In this document: positions 1 through 12,685 of the stretch, piece after piece
Position numbering within the stretch: the stretch's first letter is position 1
How the letters are laid out: each line of letters begins with the position of its first letter
Assembly: GCA_030264375.1 (NCBI GenBank)
Contig: JASCQW010000190.1
Coordinates: 15,987,528-16,051,527, forward strand
Origin: Carcharhinus longimanus
Taxonomy: Eukaryota
Direction of reading: 5' to 3'
DNA length: 64,000 nt
Notes under the pieces: model-generated
The model's input: the letters and a program-made list of their open reading frames with translations, nothing else
Database searches by the model: none
Told to the model about the DNA's origin: nothing
Position numbers and translations under genes: made by a program

Positions 1-1642
1 GTCTTTTTTTTACACACCCCCCCCCCCCCCCCGCTCCATCCTCTCCCCGGCACTGTGAGAGATCGCTTCGTTATGTGATGATACCTCGGTGGAAAGGGTG
101 CAAGCTAGCTGTGCTTAGACTGCATCTGGAGTACTGCATTCCCTGTAGAAAGTCTCCTGGTTGTCGATATATTGCGATGGATCAAATCGATAGCCCTCTC
201 CCCCCCCCCCCCACCCCCCCGCAATATTAATCCAACCAAAGGAAACTTGACTATTTAATTAGGTTATACTTCCCTTTTAACATACTTTTGTTTTAGGGGT
301 TGGGAGGTGAGTTGGAACGACTCTTTAGCTTTGCAGATTGATAGTGCAGTAACCCAGCATTTTAAAAGCGATTGGTCATGTCACCAGCTGCGAGTTGCAA
401 ACGACTCATTTAATCATGACCACAAATTTTCACAATTATTTTCTAATTTGAAAGGCAATCCACTGCCACGCCATTGGAAAAAATACATCGGAGCAGAAAT
501 GTACATTTTATTGTAAAATCTCTCACTTATATCGTGTTGCCAGCTTAATGCTTGCGATTAAAATGTAACTTTTAAGGTGTGGCACTCAACTGGGGGAACT
601 GTTCACAGCTTACTTTTGGTTCCCCATTTCTGTAAATACTAAACGTCGCCCCTCGCTCTGGTATCTGGCTAAGACTTAAAGGGGAAAAAAATGTCCCAAC
701 TGATCAAAACAGCTTGCTTTGAAACTACCCATTCCGAAGTGTGGATTTTAGTATTTGACTGGCTGTCAGTCTAAAATGCTTTAGCTGCAATGTACTGCAA
801 ACGTTAGACAGGATTTGACTGTTGTCCTTGGCCAACTTCAATCACCTAAAGAAGGGAACCATTTTGTTTTTAAAGAAAACTTTGGGGCTATTTTTGATAA
901 AAGCATTTGTGCTTAATCTCAAGACAATGATTAATATTTGCAAAATTCCAACCATATTTGTATTTGAGATTCAGGGTGGATGCATTCCCACTCTTTGGAA
1001 GAACTGACGTGTCGGTTTTAAATCTTCCTCTTGTACCAAAAAGCCGGTTGTGATGTTTAAATTTTGAATTTTGATTATTTGCTTGTGCACGGTTTTCCTT
1101 GTGTTTTACCCGTCAGGAGAAAAGGTAAGATTGTGCCGTTGCTTTTTGAGCCAGAGGTGAGTCAGGACAAAAGCCCAGTTTCTTCTCCATTTCAGGCATT
1201 GGCTCATGTGCTCAATGCCTTACCACTGTTGCACATTGACATTCTGCCTTGCTCGTAGCTTGAACTTGTCATATACTCATTTTAATACTTCGCCCCCCCC
1301 CCNNNNNNNNNNNNNNNNNNNNNNNNNNNNNNNNNNNNNNNNNNNNNNNNNNNNNNNNNNNNNNNNNNNNNNNNNNNNNNNNNNNNNNNNNNNNNNNNNN
1401 NNCCCCCACCCCCCAGCTTAAAAGACTCCTCCTTCACTTTGGTCATTAATTGAAATAATTACTTTGTATTTGGGTCAGAAACAATGATATATAGGGACCA
1501 AATCTTTCTAAAAAATGTAGGCACTAGAAATCTAAAGCTGAGCTAGAAATCTATAGAGAGAAGCCTTGTTGATGCTGAGTGACCCAAGTGGTTATGTTCA
1601 AAATTGAATTTGCTTCTAATTTACTGCCATTCCTTTTGGCAG

Positions 1643-1800
1643 ATGACCGTATATTATTTGGGTTTCATCGAATCATCACTGGGGACGCCATGAGCAAACG
1701 TGCTAAGTTTGCTCTGATCACCTGGATTGGAGACGGAGTCACTGTCCTGCAAAGAGCCAAAGTCAGCACTGATAAAAGTTTGGTAAAGGAAGTAGTACAG
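1643..1800 (+). CDS. COTL1: Coactosin-like protein (ADF-H domain), penultimate coding exon (equivalent to human exon 3); earlier exons lie upstream of the window
   Basis: Acceptor ccttttggcAG at 1641-1642 and donor GTaggt at 1801. The 158-nt exon (phase 1 to phase 0) encodes (D)DRILFGFHRIITGDAMSKRAKFALITWIGDGVTVLQRAKVSTDKSLVKEVVQ, matching the COTL1 signature TGDAMSKRxKFALITWIG...RAK...DK.LVKEVVQ. Confidence 0.97.
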
Positions 1801-3910
1801 GTAGGTCATTAATGAATCAAATGATGTGTTCACAATTGGAGAGATTATTAATTGGCGTGGCTAATGCTTTTAGTTAGTTTCCAGTTATTTTAAAAAAAAT
1901 ACTTTATTCAAAGTCATGCTTATTCCAGAATCTGATAGGGCTTTGCAAGCAACCTTCATAATGCCAATATGTTATTGACAATGCTCTGACATTTGTAGTT
2001 GCCAGGAAAGAATTGATTGCAAAATATTCTGCAGTTGTGTTTACAATAAAAATATTAAGGATTTGCTAAGGAATAGCCCAGAAAATTATTTGGACTATTC
2101 CAATACAGCTGCACTCTACTGTTTTGCCAAACTGTCTCTTCCTACTTTGGGGATGATAGTGGAACTTAATGCATACGTAATATACTGTATAATGTACTAT
2201 TATATTGCATCTAAAACCCACTGACCTCACCATTGGTATAATGAGCATGTTGATCAAGTCAAACATTTTGAATACCTTGCAAATCTTGGTTCCAGCTAAT
2301 CAATTTGCTTGATTCCTTCAATTTTAAATTGAAGCTGTTCAGTAAGCTGTTATTATAAATATGGGATGAGGTAATTTGTGAGGGATAAATTCTCACTTGT
2401 AATATATGGCCTGGATGCTCTGCATTGGAAGTAAATAAATCACTTGGTAATAAATACTGTACTGCTTACTTCAAAAATCATATCTGTAATTATGAATGGA
2501 GTTTAATATTTTGTGATTCATGACAGCCTTCGGGTTAAGGTCATCTATAGTGAATCTTTTTTTAAAAAAAGAAGCCCTCTGTGGTGTTGCCCATCCTCAG
2601 CTGTAGAAGTGTTGTTATGATTTAGACTTTCTCCCAACACTGCACTAGTATCATGGAAGAAAGGCAGTTTCCATTAGCAGACAGTCTCCAATGAATCAGA
2701 ACCTGCTCCCTTGTGCATCTTGTGTGTGGGATAGCATGCCACAGGAATAATAATTAGCTTTCATTATAATGTAACCCACTGGAGGTAGAAATAGAATGTT
2801 TATCACCTCGTCTTATATACTTGTGTTCAGATTAACACAAATAGATATATTTTTTAAGTAACATGGTTGCATGGAAGCAGGCACACCCAAGTTACTGATC
2901 ATTTGCCCTGAGAATTAATATATATCTTCAGAATACATTTATTGCACTATCTAATAATCTGAAAAAATGCTTTTGGAGATTGGCTTGCTGTGTGGGCTTC
3001 CAATTGCTATCCCATGCATTAGATCAAGAATTTATAGTGTGTATTATATAAACAGTGTGCTTAATGTGATTAAAAGTGTGTAGTACATGGTTGCCCAAGA
3101 AAATTTTGAATAAAGAATTGTCAGTTTATCAAAGAAAATAGCACTGACCACAAGCATGTCTCATCATTGAGCAGTTAATGTGTCACAAGAGCAGCTTAGT
3201 GATTTTAAATAAAAATCAGTATAGGTGGTGGAAAACTATTGCCCATTTAATTCCATTCTTTTATATTGGTTAGTCCACCCGCTCATTCTACCCCCTCCTC
3301 TTCTGACTCAAGTCATAGCATTAACTGAGATTCATGCATTGCATGTTCCCAGAGGTGGTCACCCCACAAGTTTTCTGTGAAGGGAGAGAGGGAAAGGGCA
3401 ACCTCTGGACAATTGAATTAGGTGGTGCAGGAGGCCCCCAAGTGCATCTCACTCTCTAACTAGTATTGAGAGGGTTCTGATGGGGATTGCACTTCCTCCA
3501 CCACATAACAACCACCACCACATAACCCCCCCAACCCCCTGCCCTCTCCCCCTGCCCCCTCCCCACCCCAGTGCTAGGGTCAACGATGTTGCCAAGCAGT
3601 GGCAGAATATCTTGAGGGGAAAGGGTTAACAGCCCGAGGCTGTGGCTCATGTTGACACCAATGACATAGGTAGAGGTGCTGCGAGCAAATCTTGGGCATC
3701 TAGGAAGAGCACTAATAAACAGGACATCCAAGCTAGCAATCCAGATTGCTGCTGGTGTTGTGCGCTAATGAGTGTAGAAGTAGGAGGATGGAGCAGATAA
3801 ATGAGTGTGAGGCTGGAGAGATGGTACAGAAGGAAAGGTTTTTCATTCCTGGGAAATGGTGATTGGTTCTGGGAAAGTGAGACTTCACTGTTGCTGGGAA
3901 CAAATGTAGT

Positions 3911-4474
3911 CATGATGTGGAGATGCCAGCGTTCGACTGGGGTAAACACAGTAAGAAGTCTGGCAACACCAGGTTTAAGTCCAACCAATTTATTTGATAG
4001 TAAACTCACAAGCTTTCGGGGTTTGCCCCTTTGTCAGGTGNNNNNNNNNNNNNNNNNNNNNNNNNNNNNNNNNNNNNNNNNNNNNNNNNNNNNNNNNNNN
4101 NNNNNNNNNNNNNNNNNNNNNNNNNNNNNNNNNNNNNNNNNNNNNNNNNNNNNNNNNNNNNNNNNNNNNNNNNNNNNNNNNNNNNNNNNNNNNNNNNNNN
4201 NNNNNNNNNNNNNNNNNNNNNNNNNNNNNNNNNNNNNNNNNNNNNNNNNNNNNNNNNNNNNNNNNNNNNNNNNNNNNNNNNNNNNNNNNNNNNNNNNNNN
4301 NNNNNNNNNNNNNNNNNNNNNNNNNNNNNNNNNNNNNNNNNNNNNNNNNNNNNNNNNNNNNNNNNNNNNNNNNNNNNNNNNNNNNNNNNNGAAGGGACAA
4401 ACCCTGAAAGCTTGTGAGTTTACTATCAAATAAATTGGTTGGACTTAAACCTGGTGTTGTCAGACTTCTTGCTG
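3911..4474. mobile_element. Palindromic Penelope-derived element (family A) with hammerhead-like motifs; centre lies in an N gap
   Basis: Arms 3949-4040 and 4391-4474 are reverse complements. Flanking duplication ttgctg(g/a)gaacaaat at 3891-3905 and 4469-4483 (TSD-like). Confidence 0.75.
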
Positions 4475-4774
4475 AGAACAAATCCCACAGAGTGGATCGC
4501 TAGTGTTGTTGGCAAAAGTTTAAACTAATTTTTCAGCGAAGTAAGGACCAGGACATAATATTAGAAAGGAAAGATGAGTTGTACAAAAGATTGGAAGAGA
4601 TGAGTGCAATGAGTGAAAAATGGAAGTCAAACCAGTGCATGTATATCAATGCAGAAAGTGGTAAATAAGGTTGGTGAGCTGAAGGCAAAGATGGCCACAT
4701 GGGAATATGACTTTACAGTTGTAACAGAGACCCAGCTCAAAATGGCATGACTTGATACTAAATAAGGAGGAGGT

Positions 4775-5100
4775 GGGTGGCACGGTGGCACAGTGGTTAG
4801 CACTGCTACCTCACAGCACCAGGGACCTGGATTCGATTCCCAGCTTGGGTCACTGTTTGTGAGGGGTTTGCACATTCTCCCCATATCTGTGTGGGTTTCC
4901 TCTAGGTGCTCCAGTTTCCTCCCACAGTCCAAAGATGTGTGGGTTAGGTGCATTGGTCATGCTAAATTGCCTCTTAGTGTCAGGGGGACTGGCTAGGGTA
5001 AATGCATGGAGTTATGGGGATAGGGCCTCGGTGGGATTGTGGTCAGTGCAGACTTGATGGGCCAAATGGCCTCCTTCTGCACTGTAGGAGTCTATGATTA
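4775..5100 (+). mobile_element. HE1-type V-SINE with CR1-type tail
   Basis: tRNA-like head ggcacggtggcacagtggttagcactgc, V-core gggtttcctc...ggtttcctcccacagtccaaagatgtg, tail gggccaaatggcctccttctgcactgtagg. Confidence 0.9.
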
Positions 5101-5102
5101 TA

Positions 5103-5390
5103 TGGTGGCGTAGTGCTAATGTCACTGGACTAGTCACTCCAAAGCTAATAGCCTTGGGGCGTGGATTCAAATTCCACCATGATAAGACTGGAATTTAAAT
5201 TCAATTAAAAGCTGGTCTCCTTAATAGTGAAAGCTATTGTATATTGTTGTAAAAACCCATACGATTCACTAATGTCCTTTTGGGGAAAGAGATCTGCCAT
5301 CCTTGCCCTCCCATGTGACTCTAGACCCACAGCAATGTGGTTGACTCTTAACTGCCTTCTGAAATTGCCTAGCAAGCCAATCAGATCAAA
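5103..5390 (+). mobile_element. Second shark tRNA-derived SINE family (head gtggcgtagtggtaatgtcactggactag); further copies at ~27445-27790, ~33915-34290, ~47832-48060, ~61659-62020
   Basis: Five homologous copies share a B-box (gttcaaat/gttcgaat) and the core aaaacccatctggttcactaatgtcc...gaaatctgcc. Complete copies end in ggatgggcaataaatgctggcc...gaataaaa. Confidence 0.85.
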
Positions 5391-7879
5391 GGCAACTCCA
5401 GGTTGTGTAACAGAGGTCTGTGGAGAGGAAGAGTTTATGAATTGTGCGTAGGAGAATTTCCTTTGGTGCATTTCTGGCCCAACGAGGAAGTAGTCATTGC
5501 TGGATCTGGTTCCTGAAATGAGGTGGATCAGTTGGGGAGCATCTGGAGACAGCAATCAAAGTATCATGAGGTTTAAGTTAGTTGTGGAAAACACAAGGAG
5601 CAATCAAGAGTGAAAACCTTTAATTGGAGGGAGGCCAACTTTGGATGGTAGGTATTCAAAAATATTGAGGGAAGTCAGGGTTGAAATTGCGGAGACACTG
5701 GCCAGAATCCTTGGATACATGATGGTGCCAGAGGATTGGAGAATTACAAATATTGTATCCTTGTCCAAAAAAAAACACAGCAAAAACAAACTAGTCAATT
5801 AATCGTAACAGTGGGAAAGCTTTTGGAAACAAGAAGTCAGGGCAAAATTAATAGATACAAGTATGGATTAATTAAGGAAAGTCAGCAGAGATTTGTTAAA
5901 AGGCAAATCATGTTTAACTAACTTGATCTGAGTTTTTGATAAGGTAACAGACGGTTGATCAGGATAATGGGGTTGTTGGGGTATATATGAACTTTCCAAA
6001 AGTATTTGATAAAGTATCACACAAAAGCTTTGCATTGGAATAAAAGAGATGATGGCAGCATGTGTATAAAGAATGGCTGTTAGGATATACAGCGGGGGTT
6101 TTGAAGATCAATAATTGGGATTGATGCCTTGTTAAGTGACTTGGATGTACAAGGAGACATTTTAAAACAAGCAAATGACAACTTGGAGCAATTGTGAACT
6201 GAGATAAATGCCGAGAGCACAAGACAGTCTAATGGAATGAGTGGACACATGAAATTTAATGTAGAGAAATGGGATGTGATACATTTTGGTAGGAAGGGCA
6301 GGTATGATGTAACATAAAGGCTATAATTCTAATAAGGATGTAGAAACGGAGAGACTGGGGTACATGTGCATGAGTCACTGAAGGTTCTAAAAAGCTATTT
6401 GGATTCTGGGCTTTGTAGTTAGCAGCATTGGTTACAAAGGAAGGAAGTTACGATCAATCTTTTTTAAACACCAGTTTGGCCTCAACTGCAACATTGTGAT
6501 AATTCTTGATGCCACATGTTAGGAAGGGAATGACAAATTTGAGAGAGGGTACAGATAAGATTTGAGTGGTTTTGGGGAGGTGGAGCCATTGTTAATTGTA
6601 TAGATTGGAGAAGCTGAGGTTGTTCTCCTTGGAGAAGAGAGATTTGATGGGAGGTTTGATATTCAAAATTATGAAGGCGCTGTACAGTACGAGAGAAGCT
6701 GCTCCCATTGGCAGAAAGGACAAGAATGAGAAGACTTTGATTTGAGGCGCTAGGCAAAAGAACTAAAAATGTACCAGGACAACTTATTAATGCAGTGGGT
6801 GTTTAGAGTTAGAATGCACTGCCTGAAGGGGTGTGGTGGAAGCTGGTCCAATCATTGCTTTCAAAATGGAATTGACCACCTGAAGGGGAAGAAGTTGCAG
6901 GGTAAAGGCAGGGAATGGAACTTGTAGAGAGGTGACACAGGCCAGATAGCATCCTCCTGCACTTTAAATATTCAGTGATTTGTAACGCATTGCGTGTTTT
7001 TGGACATGAACAAAGCCAACATGATGTGACTTGTATTTTTAGCTATAATCTCATACTTGATTAATGCCAACAATTCAAACCATTCCCTGTATTTGATATG
7101 GGAACTTTTAAATAAATGGTGATTTTTTTTTATTCAAAGGCATTTGCAGTCTCACTAATAGAAAGAGCAACAATATGCCATTGCCTTGCATGCAGTTTCT
7201 GTCTCACTGTAAATATGGACAAAATCTGGTCACACTCTTGACATGAACAAAGGAAAGCTTATTCTGAGAGACAGCTAGTTGAAGTCAATTAGCTTGAGCT
7301 TTGTGCTCTTTAATGGTTTTAAAATAAATTTTTAATTTGATGTAAGCCTTCTCCTTCAGGGCTGGGGCAGGTACAGATCAAGGGGTGTCACTCCAACTGC
7401 CCATCCCCCCACTTTCCCTTTTCTCCTCTGCATAAACTGCATGCAAATAAGGGGAACATGCTAGCTTCCTGTAATTTTGTGCAAGGGCTGCTTAGTTGGT
7501 GTTCGGTGTTCAGAAGGGAGAGAAAGAATCTTCCTTTTTTAAATTATGCTCAACAAGGGAAAGCTTTTATTTCTGAAAAGGAAAATTCCTGCATTCTGGG
7601 CAGCATTGAGTTGTTACAACTCAGCGTCTGGTAGGCCTCAGTCTGAGAGCTCTGCTCCCTTTCATTATTTCTTATTCTCCTTCCCTGTTGTGCAAATGAC
7701 AATGATGCTGCAAAGTTGGATGACTCCTGAGGACATCTGTGCTCCTGGAAGATATCTCTGGCAAGTGCAAGCCTTAACTTGGCTTCCTTCTTGTCTCAGT
7801 GATGAATCCTGTATAATTTGGATAGCTGCTATCCAATTTGGGTAGCTGCTGATTTGTTCTCCACTGTTCGTGATGTATA

Positions 7880-8163
7880 TTTTGTTTGTTAGTGTCACAA
7901 GTAGGCTTACGTTAACATTGCAATGAAGTTACTGTGAAAATCCCCCAGTCACCACAGTCCGGCGCCTGTTGGGATATACTGAGATAGATCTTAGCATGGC
8001 CAATGCACCTTACCAGCATGTCTTTCAGGCTGTAGGAGGAAACTGGAGCTCCCGGAGGAAACCCACACAGACACGGGAAGAACGTGCAGAACTCCGCACA
8101 GACAGTGACCCAATCTGGGAATCCGTGAGGCAGCAGTACTAACCATGGGTGCCACCATGCCAT
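7880..8163 (-). mobile_element. V-SINE, HE1 head with alternative tail (type 2)
   Basis: Same head and core as HE1 but tail ggggattttcacagtaacttcattgcaatgttaacgtaagcctacttgtgacactaac. Confidence 0.85.
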
Positions 8164-8439
8164 CCGGGTGCCATTGAAGTTCAGCCGTTTCAAACATAGG
8201 TGTGTGGCTGACAGCCAAGGAAGGATGGGGTCTGAAGCTTTGGAAGAGCATATATCCTTGCATTGGGGCAGGAGGGAGGGGAATGTACCAGATAAAGAAG
8301 CGAGTGAGCATCATGTCAAAGAAGATACAAAATTAGGAATGGCATCCTTCACATATTTACACCACAGAAGCACTTGAGCGGGAGTAACAGGCAGAGGGAG
8401 AGGACAAAGTCAGGGGTTGGAAACAGCACAGCACACCCA

Positions 8440-9240
8440 GACAGGGAGAGGAGGAGAATCAGGCTTTACCCTGAGGTATTGGTATACCGACTGTGTAGGA
8501 TCTTATCTCATCCTTATCTGGATATGACAGAAAACATAAGGTCAGATTAACCCAATTGGTTACCTAGGTGGATGTATTATATGCAACAAGGTCTGGTACC
8601 ATAGTCTGCTGCTCCTGATGCCCTGCCGCTTAAGTTCACAGTAGCACTGAATGTTTATTCTTTCAGCTATTTCTAGGGGTCAGCAGGAGATTTCTGTGGA
8701 ATCTTACTGTCAGCCATACACATAGAAGAAGATAGGAGCAGGAGAAGGCCATTTGGCCCTTTGAGCCTGAAATTACATCGAGGCAGTCACAAATATTTGT
8801 TCAGGAAGGGCAGCTTCCCAGGGTATGTGGCGTCACAAATCCAGAGCACCAAAGTTTGCTGAATTAGTAGCTTTCCCTCAGGCACGGGGCCAATTGACTG
8901 TGTCCAAGCCACCAGAACGACACCAAGTCATCAACCTGACAGCTTTGCCAACACAAAACCATTCCACTCATTCAGTGTGCAGGTGGTGTGTGACTATACC
9001 AAGGCGTTCCTACACCGGGAAGTACATAGTATCCCGGATGCTGCCATAATTCTTTCTCAGACACCAGCAGAGGTCTGTAATTGGCTTCTGAGGGACAAGG
9101 AGTGCCCCTTAATGAGATAGCTGATAACCCTTTTTAGGCGGCCACACACAAAGCCCAAAAGGCATGAACGGTCAAGTGTGAACCCACAATATAACAAAGC
9201 AGTTTGCTAGCATCTTGAAGATGTGCTTTAAGTGCCATGA
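8440..9240 (+). mobile_element. Degenerate PIF/Harbinger (HARBI1-like DDE) transposase relic
   Basis: Frameshifted but ordered motifs: K.TVALN (8633), G.AGD.CGI, F..LVAFPQ.RG..DC (8855-8900), FHSFSVQVVCD (8960-8995), YPGCCH.SF (9030), WLL.DK..PL (9080-9110). Confidence 0.75.
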
Positions 9241-9499
9241 CTCTTTGTGAGGAACTCTACAGTATTCCCCTGCGAAGGTCCCCAGAATAGTAGTCATGTG
9301 CTGACAAGTGGCAAGTAACATTAACACCACACAAATGCCAGGCAATGACCATCTCCAGCAAGAGAAAACCTAACCATTGACCCTCACATTCAATGGCTTT
9401 ACTGTCACTGAATCCCCTATTATTAACAGTGTGTGTGTTACCATTGACCAGAAATGGAACTGGGCTAGCCACATAAGTGCCATGGCTACAAAAACAGAC

Positions 9500-10009
9500 C
9501 AATGGGGAAGAATTGGAAATGGCCGAAAGCTTCAAGTTTCCTGATGTTGATAAGCAACAACCTGTCCTGGTCCCTCCATGTCAGTGCTATAATTAAGAAA
9601 GCCCACCAACTCTACTTTTTCAGGAGGTTAAGAAAATTTGGCATGCCTGCTACGTTTCTCAACAACTTTTACAAATGCACCATAGGGAGCATTATTTCTG
9701 GTTGCATCATAGCTTGGTATGGCTCATGCTCTGTCCAAGACTGCAAGAAACTACAAAGGATTATGAACAAAGCCCAGTCCATCATGCAAACCAGCGTTCC
9801 AACCACTGACACTGTCTACACTTCCTACTGCTTCAGAAAAACAGCCAGCATAATCAAGGACCTCACGCATCTTGGACATACTCTCTTCCAGCTTCTTCCA
9901 TCGAAAAAAAGATACAAAGGCCTGAGGTCATATACCAAATGACTCAAGAACAGCTTCTTCTCTGCTGCCATCAGACTTTTGAATGGATTTACTTATATTA
10001 AGTTGATCT
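9500..10009 (+). mobile_element. Rex1/Babar-clade LINE 3' fragment (RT C-terminus)
   Basis: ORF 9502-9942 KKAHQLYFFRRLRKFG...FYKCTIGSIISGCIIAWYGSC...KLQRI and the end ctcaagaacagcttcttc, typical of Rex1/Babar. Confidence 0.8.
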
Positions 10010-10109
10010 NNNNNNNNNNNNNNNNNNNNNNNNNNNNNNNNNNNNNNNNNNNNNNNNNNNNNNNNNNNNNNNNNNNNNNNNNNNNNNNNNNNNNNNNNNN
10101 NNNNNNNNN

Positions 10110-10400
10110 ATGCTGCAATTTTTTACCATTTAAATAATAGTCCATTTTGCTATTATTCCTACCAAAATGGATGACCTCACATTTACCAACATTGTACTCC
10201 ATCTGCCCGACCCTCGCCCACTCAGTTAGATCTTCTGTATTCCTTTGCAGATTTTCAGTGTTCTCTGCACACTTTGCTCTTCCACCCACCTTAGTGTCAT
10301 CTGCAAATTTTGACACACTATACTTGGCCCCCAACTCCAAATCATCTATATAAATCGTAAACAGTTGCAGTCCAACACTGATCCCTGAGGCTCACCACTT
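10110..10400 (-). mobile_element. CR1 LINE RT fragment
   Basis: SKFADDTKVGG...EWARVGQMEYNVGKCEVIHFG. Confidence 0.9.
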
Positions 10401-10744
10401 GTATAGTATTAACAAAGAACAAAGCCAAAATAGTTTTCTTCGGTCATTTACCCCATTACAGTTTCTGAAAATTGTATTGATTGCAGTTCAAAATTGCTTC
10501 ACTGATTTGATAAATGCAAGTTTATTTCTCCTTTTTACTCCTCCCATGCATCTTAAAACCAATGACTTGCACATCCAATGAAGTTTAAATCACACGGGAG
10601 GTCTTTTAATATTTGTGTATGACTTGCTCACCTACTTGGTATTGCATCATAGTAATGTAGCATACACAAGTCCCATTCTGCTTGACTAGATCATCTAAAC
10701 ATTTATCACTTTGCCTGACGAAACTTTGGCTACATGAGTTTTGT

Positions 10745-11460
10745 AGCATAGAGAGGCCCTTTGGCCCATTGTGTCTATGCCAGCCATCAAACCTATCCAT
10801 TCTAATCCCATTTTCCTGCATTTGGCCTGTAGCCTTGTATGCTGTGGTGTTTCCAGTGCTCATCTAAGTATGAACATTATTTTGAGTTCCCGCCTCTACC
10901 ATCTTTGCAGGCTGTGAGTTCCAGGTTCCCACTATCCACTGATTGAAAAAGCATTTCCCCAAATCCCTCTAAATCTTCTGCTCCTTACCTTAAATCTATG
11001 CCACCCTACTTATTGTCCCCTCTACTAAGGGGAAAAAGTTTTTTTCTTTTCTGTGTCCTTCATAATTTTGTACACCTCAGTCAGGTCCCCCTTCAGTCTT
11101 TGGCTACTGTAATGAAAACAAGCCTGGCCTAGTCAGCTTCTCTACATAGTTGAAATGCTCCAAACCAGGCAACGTTCTGGCAAATCTCCTCTGCATCCTT
11201 TCCAGTGCAGTCACATCTTTCCTATAATGTGGCAATCATAACTGCAGACACACTACTCTAGCTGTGGCCTAATGAGCGTTGTATATAGCCCCATCATAAA
11301 CCCATTGCTCTTATGTTCTATGCCTTGGATTAATAAGGGCAAGTATCCCATATGCCTTCTTATCTACCTATTTTGCCGTCAAGGATTTTTGGACATGCAC
11401 CCCAAAGTCCCTCTGGTCTTCTGCACTCCCCAGCATCCTACCTACCATTCATTACTACTA
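10745..11460 (-). mobile_element. CR1 LINE 3' fragment
   Basis: Reverse CR1 3' end (gaggccctttggccca) followed by ORF2 C-terminal remnants. Confidence 0.75.
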
Positions 11461-11499
11461 CCAATAGGTTGAATCCGTGTGTTTGTCCTTCCAGACCAG

Positions 11500-12685
11500 G
11501 CACCTGAAGGTGACAAAGTGATCTGTTTGGGTGACTTTAATTTTCAAGTACTCAGTAGCAAAATGTGATGTGCGCAGTGCAGCTAAAATAGTTGTTGAAA
11601 TAAGACTCAGGGTCATATGAGGAAACCAGAGTAATTGTTTAATAGGCTTGCTATCAGAAAAAACAACTTGGTACCAAACTTGTGTATGGGGAATCGCCTA
11701 TGAAAGCAACAACCCTTGTAAGGTTTCAGTTAGTTAATAGAACTGAAAATCACAGAGAATTCTGGATTTTAAAATGGCCATGTTCAGTAAGATAGTAGAA
11801 TATTTAAAATAGTTCAGCTCATTAACCCTGCTGAATGGGAGGTAATGTTTGCATATTCAAAGCATATGTTTAAAGAGCAAATTAAAAAATAAAGAAGACA
11901 TGTATGCTCCTAAGAGAAGGACGCTTGGCAATAATAAGCTAAGGTCATACACTGAAAGCAAGTAAGACTTTTTGAAATGATTTCATAAATTAAAAGTGGA
12001 TTATTCTCAGGGACATTGGGCTATATTGTAAACTATATCAGCTATGTAAAACTATATCAGCTATGTAAAACTATATGTAAAGCTATGTAAAGCTATATAT
12101 AAAGCTATATCAACTAAACAATTATTAGAAGACGATAGCAGACAAATTGTAGCAGCAATTGGAAAATCATTAAACAAGTGTAATAAAATTGTAGCACTTT
12201 TTCAGCTACTGAAAGATTCTTTTGGACAATTTGGATTCAATGGCTGAGATATTAAATAATTACTTTGTCTTCAAGAATAAAGACTGATGCAAGTTATGCT
12301 GTTAACTGTAAAATTATTAGCAAAATAGAAGAGAATGATATCTTGGAAGAATAAGGAGTGCTGGCCTAGAAATGCACCCAAGAAAATGATCCCAAGGAAA
12401 GGGATCGATTCTTTGCGAGCCTTGCATCTTTAATATCTTGTTGAACCCTTATCTTCAACAGCTTGTTGAAGTCCGGACTCATCTCGTTAGACTGGTAGGA
12501 TGTCGATATAATTATAGAACCAGTAACTATAACTTCAGGAATGGGTAAACTCTTTTTCAGCATCTTCTCGAGATAGCCTACATGCGCACTTGGATATAGA
12601 TAGCTTCTGGAAAAGGAAGTTATAAATGGCAAATTAGTGGCGGAGGCTAAACAAGATGCCATTGTTGGCCTGGACTTTCAGAATT
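11500..12685 (+). mobile_element. Old, highly degenerate CR1-like LINE fragment
   Basis: GDFN (ggtgactttaat ~11530), LIFNSLLKSGLISLDW (~12448-12500), GKL and LDFQ (~12670) in ORF2 order. Confidence 0.6.
12030..12115. repeat. Short tandem repeat (aactatatcagctatgtaa x2 plus degenerate units)
   Basis: Directly visible tandem 19-mer followed by shorter related units. Confidence 0.85.

Larger units (their letters stand above)
3560..6980 (+). mobile_element. Degenerate near-full-length CR1 (HER1-like) LINE with ORF1 esterase and ORF2 remnants, interrupted by a Penelope-like element and two SINEs
   Basis: ORF1 SGNH-like remnant (gtggctcatgttgacaccaatgac, HVxTND) and LERWYRRKGFSFLG. ORF2 remnants (WRITNI, DF.KVFDKVSH) and a CR1-type 3' end near 6950. 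Confidence 0.8.

Noticed and set aside
1579-1812. ORF 1579-1812 as a complete 77-aa protein
   Set aside because: Only 1643-1800 is exonic; the flanks are intron read-through past the AG and GT splice sites.
3801-4481. Long ORFs containing X runs (also 15064-15675, 36592-37089 and others)
   Set aside because: They are open only because they cross N gaps.
4775-4850. tRNA genes at SINE heads (also ~35890-35960, ~48690-48740, ~61665-61750)
   Set aside because: A/B-box-like motifs only; no complete cloverleaf; most continue into SINE bodies.
4793-4996. Recurrent peptide family MVSTAASQ.QGPGFDS.LGSL... in many ORFs
   Set aside because: Translation of HE1 SINE copies, not a gene family.
12366-12662. 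Clean-looking 98-aa minus-strand ORF as a novel gene
   Set aside because: It is the antisense of a decayed CR1 ORF2 (LIFNSLLKSGLISLDW, GKL, LDFQ on the + strand).
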